DNA of 64,000 nt from Enterobacteria phage vB_EcoM_IME540: sequence record MT150133.1; one strand, 5' to 3'. Positions 61,152-64,000 of this stretch are shown here, piece after piece; the first letter of the stretch is position 1; every line of letters begins with the position of its first letter. The notes below the pieces were generated by a model. It searched no databases. It was not told where the DNA came from and saw only the letters and a list, made by a program, of their open reading frames with translations. Both the position numbers and the translations under genes were made by a program.

Positions 61152-61352
61152 ATGGGCAGTATTTTTTACCAAATCTGGAAATTGGCCGAAAAGAAAGACA
61201 AGAAAATGATGTTAGGTTTTCTTGCGCTAGACGTATTCCTTTGGAATCTTTTAGTAGTCCCTGTAGCCGCTAGCCAAGGGATAATTTTACCAGCGGTTAC
61301 AATGGAACACGTATTAAGCATAATTGGATTCTTTAGCGGAATTCCTGCCTAA
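61152..61352 (+). CDS. small membrane protein on the opposite strand
   Basis: AGGAGG about 5 nt upstream of ATG; 66 aa with two hydrophobic segments; 3' end overlaps gene 61 stop convergently. Confidence 0.45.
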   Translation: MGSIFYQIWKLAEKKDKKMMLGFLALDVFLWNLLVVPVAASQGIILPAVTMEHVLSIIGFFSGIPA

Positions 61353-62377
61353 ATTTTGGAATATTTCGAAAGTCTCATTTTAGCCATTAGACCTTGGGCT
61401 ATATTAGCTTTCATATATGCCAGTACATCATTTATATCAGCTTTATCTTTCATAATCATATCATTTATATCTTTAGAAGGCCATGGAGCCTTGTCCCAGA
61501 ATAGAACCCTTTCGCCGGCATCAACTAATCGTTGCATACGCTTAATTGTGTCAGGATGGCGGGGTTCATTGTCCATTACCCAGGCACGAGTTTCTTTACA
61601 TGGAACCATAGCCAAGTCCAACGACCCGCCAGTAATTGCTATTGCATTCGGTACGAATAATGAATCGATAGGACCTTCCATTACCCACACCAACTGACGT
61701 TCGTCGACAGTATCCATTCCATATATTTTTGTAGCTTGGTCATGAGCTTTTATTGTAATATATTTTTGTGGAGCATCTTTACGTAAGGCTCGACCCTGAA
61801 AACTTTCTATTTGTTTATCCTTATTGAAAATAGGAATAACCAAACGAGGCTCAGGCATTTCTTTAGAATAGGTCCCTGGATTGACAGAGTTCACCAATGC
61901 CGGCCATTCTTTAGTAAACCATAAGCGATTCCATTTGTTTTCAGGAATGCAACGTAGTGTTACATATTTGATAATAGGATGGTCCTTCGGCATTCTATCT
62001 AATCGTTCGCAGAAATTAAGCTTTTCGATAACGGGCATCTTAGCTTTAATTTTTTCAGATATCTCCACCTTAGGTGCAGCTTGTCTCCCGAACGATTGCT
62101 CTTTATGTTTCTCAAGAATATATTCTCGATATAAATCCGGCTCGTATTCGTATAGATACTTCTTAATTCCTGCCGAATAGTCGCAGTTAAAACAGTGCAG
62201 CATTACGGAGCCATCATTAGCCGGATAGGCCCAAAAACGAGCTTTGTTCTCATCTTTTTGGGAGTCGCCACATACACGACAACGACAGTTTAATTTAAAA
62301 TCACTACCAGTTACTTGTCTGAATTTAGGTTGGTAATTCAAGGCACGTACAGCAAATTCTCTATCGACATATGACAT
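61349..62377 (-). CDS. 61: DNA primase
   Basis: 342 aa; near-colinear with T4 gp61 (zinc ribbon CRCRVCGDS...HCFNC, TOPRIM). Confidence 0.92.
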   Translation of the reverse strand: MSYVDREFAVRALNYQPKFRQVTGSDFKLNCRCRVCGDSQKDENKARFWAYPANDGSVMLHCFNCDYSAGIKKYLYEYEPDLYREYILEKHKEQSFGRQAAPKVEISEKIKAKMPVIEKLNFCERLDRMPKDHPIIKYVTLRCIPENKWNRLWFTKEWPALVNSVNPGTYSKEMPEPRLVIPIFNKDKQIESFQGRALRKDAPQKYITIKAHDQATKIYGMDTVDERQLVWVMEGPIDSLFVPNAIAITGGSLDLAMVPCKETRAWVMDNEPRHPDTIKRMQRLVDAGERVLFWDKAPWPSKDINDMIMKDKADINDVLAYMKANIAQGLMAKMRLSKYSKI

Positions 62378-62415
62378 TATTTTTCCTTGGGCTCTAAATT
62401 AATAGAGCCATTATA

Positions 62416-62577
62416 TCATTCGTTTTCGGATTTTTCTTTACGCTTTTTAGATGGGATTTGTTCAGGCCCTTTGTTGACGACCGCGCCTGAGGTAGTTCCG
62501 GAGGCAATATTAGATGGGTTACCACCTGCATCGCCTGCGACCATATCTTCGTTCATAACTTCTTTAAAAGATTTCAT
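62416..62577 (-). CDS. small hypothetical protein (53 aa)
   Basis: Hand-translated MKSFKEVMNEDMVAGDAGGNPSNIASGTTSG...; AGGAG 5 nt upstream of ATG; below track cut-off. Confidence 0.4.
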   Translation of the reverse strand: MKSFKEVMNEDMVAGDAGGNPSNIASGTTSGAVVNKGPEQIPSKKRKEKSENE

Positions 62578-62593
62578 AGGCTCCTGGCCTTAT

Positions 62594-62785
62594 TTATATT
62601 ACGAAAATAGCTTTATCACCATTCGCATCAGTGACTTCATAGGTATCTTCATGATACAGTGGGATAATCCAAGTCACACCATCACCGGCAATAATATGGA
62701 TAGCTTCTTGGTCCTTTGATACGATTTCATACTCTTCGAATAATTCGAATACAGAAATCTTAGAGCCCGTACACATTGCACTCAT
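62594..62785 (-). CDS. hypothetical protein
   Basis: ORF track. Confidence 0.35.
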   Translation of the reverse strand: MSAMCTGSKISVFELFEEYEIVSKDQEAIHIIAGDGVTWIIPLYHEDTYEVTDANGDKAIFVI

Positions 62786-62981
62786 ATTGTTCCCTTCTTT
62801 TAATCAGTTTACGATGAGCCTTTTTAAGTTTACGAAGCTGGCGTTTAGTTGGTCGCGCAACATAAGCTTGAGTAGTTACTCGTCCAAAAACACCGTACTT
62901 AGGTGAAGGAGAATCGATAAAGACTTCCCACTGACAAGAGTAACTATACACTGCTTTAGAGAATTGGGTTAAGACAAACAT
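62760..62981 (-). CDS. small basic protein, paralog of 63769..63993
   Basis: Shared PTKRQ(L/I)R..K(K/R)..RK segment. Confidence 0.4.
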   Translation of the reverse strand: MFVLTQFSKAVYSYSCQWEVFIDSPSPKYGVFGRVTTQAYVARPTKRQLRKLKKAHRKLIKRREQYECNVYGL

Positions 62982-62982
62982 A

Positions 62983-63423
62983 TTAACCTCGATTCATAAA
63001 AGCATTAAAAATTTGGTCATCAATTGAATAAACCGGGGCTTCCAGAATTTTCAACAGACTATTTTTGATATACTTGCTAGGGATATCCATGTTAATGCCG
63101 TCATTCAATTCATTGTCCGGGAGGATATCTTTAAATTCAAACCCATCAAACTCAACCCTATCAGGAATACCATCAGCGAAAAAATAAACCAATTGGTGCA
63201 TTGCATTGCACGAAAATAATTTAGACTTGACCGCAATAAGTTCTTGCCAATGGTTTAATTCTCTGTTAAGGAGTTTACGAGCAAATATAATTCTATCATC
63301 ACTATCAACAAGAAAATAACCTAGGTATTGGTGGTCGTCGCTCCAATACATCCTGTATGCTTGCGCATTTGGATTTTTACAACGAAGTTTTTTGATAACT
63401 AAATTTCTGTTAATCTTATTCAC
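62983..63423 (-). CDS. hypothetical protein
   Basis: ORF track; apparent GTG start; 146 aa. Confidence 0.4.
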   Translation of the reverse strand: MNKINRNLVIKKLRCKNPNAQAYRMYWSDDHQYLGYFLVDSDDRIIFARKLLNRELNHWQELIAVKSKLFSCNAMHQLVYFFADGIPDRVEFDGFEFKDILPDNELNDGINMDIPSKYIKNSLLKILEAPVYSIDDQIFNAFMNRG

Positions 63424-63709
63424 CTGTCACCTCTTTAACGATATTTTTGTTATCGAAATTGGCATCGCAATACAAAACATAGTTATATTGCATAACACCG
63501 CCTGAAGCTAATTGGTCTGACACTTCTTTAGCCATATCAGGGCGGTCGCGTTTAGTGATGTTCATTATATCAGCATAAATCTGATGTTCGACTGATTCTT
63601 GGTCTGCAGTCATAGACCATTCACAAAGGTCTTTATCCAATCCAGCCGTAACTGGAGCGGTGCCACATGATGCTACTGTAAGGATTGCTGCGATTAATAA
63701 CTTTTTCAT
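63416..63709 (-). CDS. sp: secreted protein at the position of T4 spackle
   Basis: 97 aa from MKKLLIAAILTVASCG with signal peptide; GAGGAG Shine-Dalgarno; T4 Sp is 97 aa; start trimmed from ORF-track 63769. Confidence 0.55.
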   Translation of the reverse strand: MKKLLIAAILTVASCGTAPVTAGLDKDLCEWSMTADQESVEHQIYADIMNITKRDRPDMAKEVSDQLASGGVMQYNYVLYCDANFDNKNIVKEVTGE

Positions 63710-63732
63710 TTTTAACTCCTCGTTAGTTGATA

Positions 63733-63770
63733 GGTCTATAGTATCACTACCATAGACCGTTGTAAACACT
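63733..63770 (-). promoter_or_regulatory. early promoter for sp-like gene
   Basis: GTTTAC, ~19 bp, TACTAT within palindrome GGTCTATAG..CATAGACC. Confidence 0.45.
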
Positions 63771-63993
63771 ATTTCAACGAATCTTCCAAATAAATTTTAC
63801 GGAATTTACGTTTTGTCTGACGAATCTGACGCTTAGTAGGTTTCACAGGAAAATCGAAGAACTCTACGTATTCTTGTTCATAATCGTTGTGACCGACTGA
63901 AAGAACCAGTTCCCAGTTGCTTACGGTACGTTGGATAAACATGTTATGCTTACCAAAAGATTTATTCCAAAAAGAACTAGGAGTTGGTTTCAT
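63769..63993 (-). CDS. small basic protein, paralog of 62760..62981
   Basis: ORF track; shared basic PTKRQ motif; real start may be the internal Met near 63942. Confidence 0.4.
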   Translation of the reverse strand: MKPTPSSFWNKSFGKHNMFIQRTVSNWELVLSVGHNDYEQEYVEFFDFPVKPTKRQIRQTKRKFRKIYLEDSLK

Positions 63994-64000
63994 TAAGGTA

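Noticed and set aside
61356-62180. Plus-strand ORFs 61356..61697 and 61881..62180
   Set aside because: Antisense within the primase gene 61, which is near-colinear with T4 gp61.

Overview
This window is a contiguous segment of a T4-like (T-even type) myovirus genome, recognised from strong protein-level resemblance of the translated ORFs to T4 proteins as I recall them and from conserved T4 gene order; no database search was run. Reading left to right: two tandem Alt-family ADP-ribosyltransferase genes, DNA ligase (30), a NADAR/HAD accessory cluster, rIII-position gene, co-chaperonin 31, dCMP deaminase, polynucleotide kinase (pseT), a spanin pair, RNA ligase 1 (63), a GIY-YIG Seg-like endonuclease, endonuclease II (denA), nrdB, nrdA, td, frd, gene 32, an unassigned gene, 59, a second Seg-like endonuclease, 33, dsbA, RNase H, then the plus-strand late module 34-35-36-37-38-t, then asiA, motA, 52, ndd/denB-position genes, rIIB, rIIA, a fused 605-aa gene 39, dexA, dda, two Mod-like ADP-ribosyltransferases, soc, 56, 61 and a spackle-like gene. 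Almost all early/middle genes are on the minus strand and tightly packed, many with overlapping stop/start codons. The non-coding space is dominated by a repeated early-promoter cassette (GTTTAC -35, TG-extended TACTAT-type -10), TATAAATA late promoters and C(UUCG)G-type tetraloop hairpins. td and nrdB are uninterrupted, and gene 39 is a single ORF. No tRNA, rRNA, CRISPR array or integrase was seen. I did not find one clear-cut new multi-gene system; the best candidates for undescribed content are the unassigned ORF between genes 32 and 59, the NADAR/HAD pair beside the Alt genes, a paralogous pair upstream of gene 39 with a lipoprotein, and an opposite-strand membrane ORF between genes 56 and 61. 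Gene names given by position or length only (rIII, alc, arn, ndd, denB, srd, sp) are tentative. Promoter and hairpin coordinates are approximate to within a few bases.
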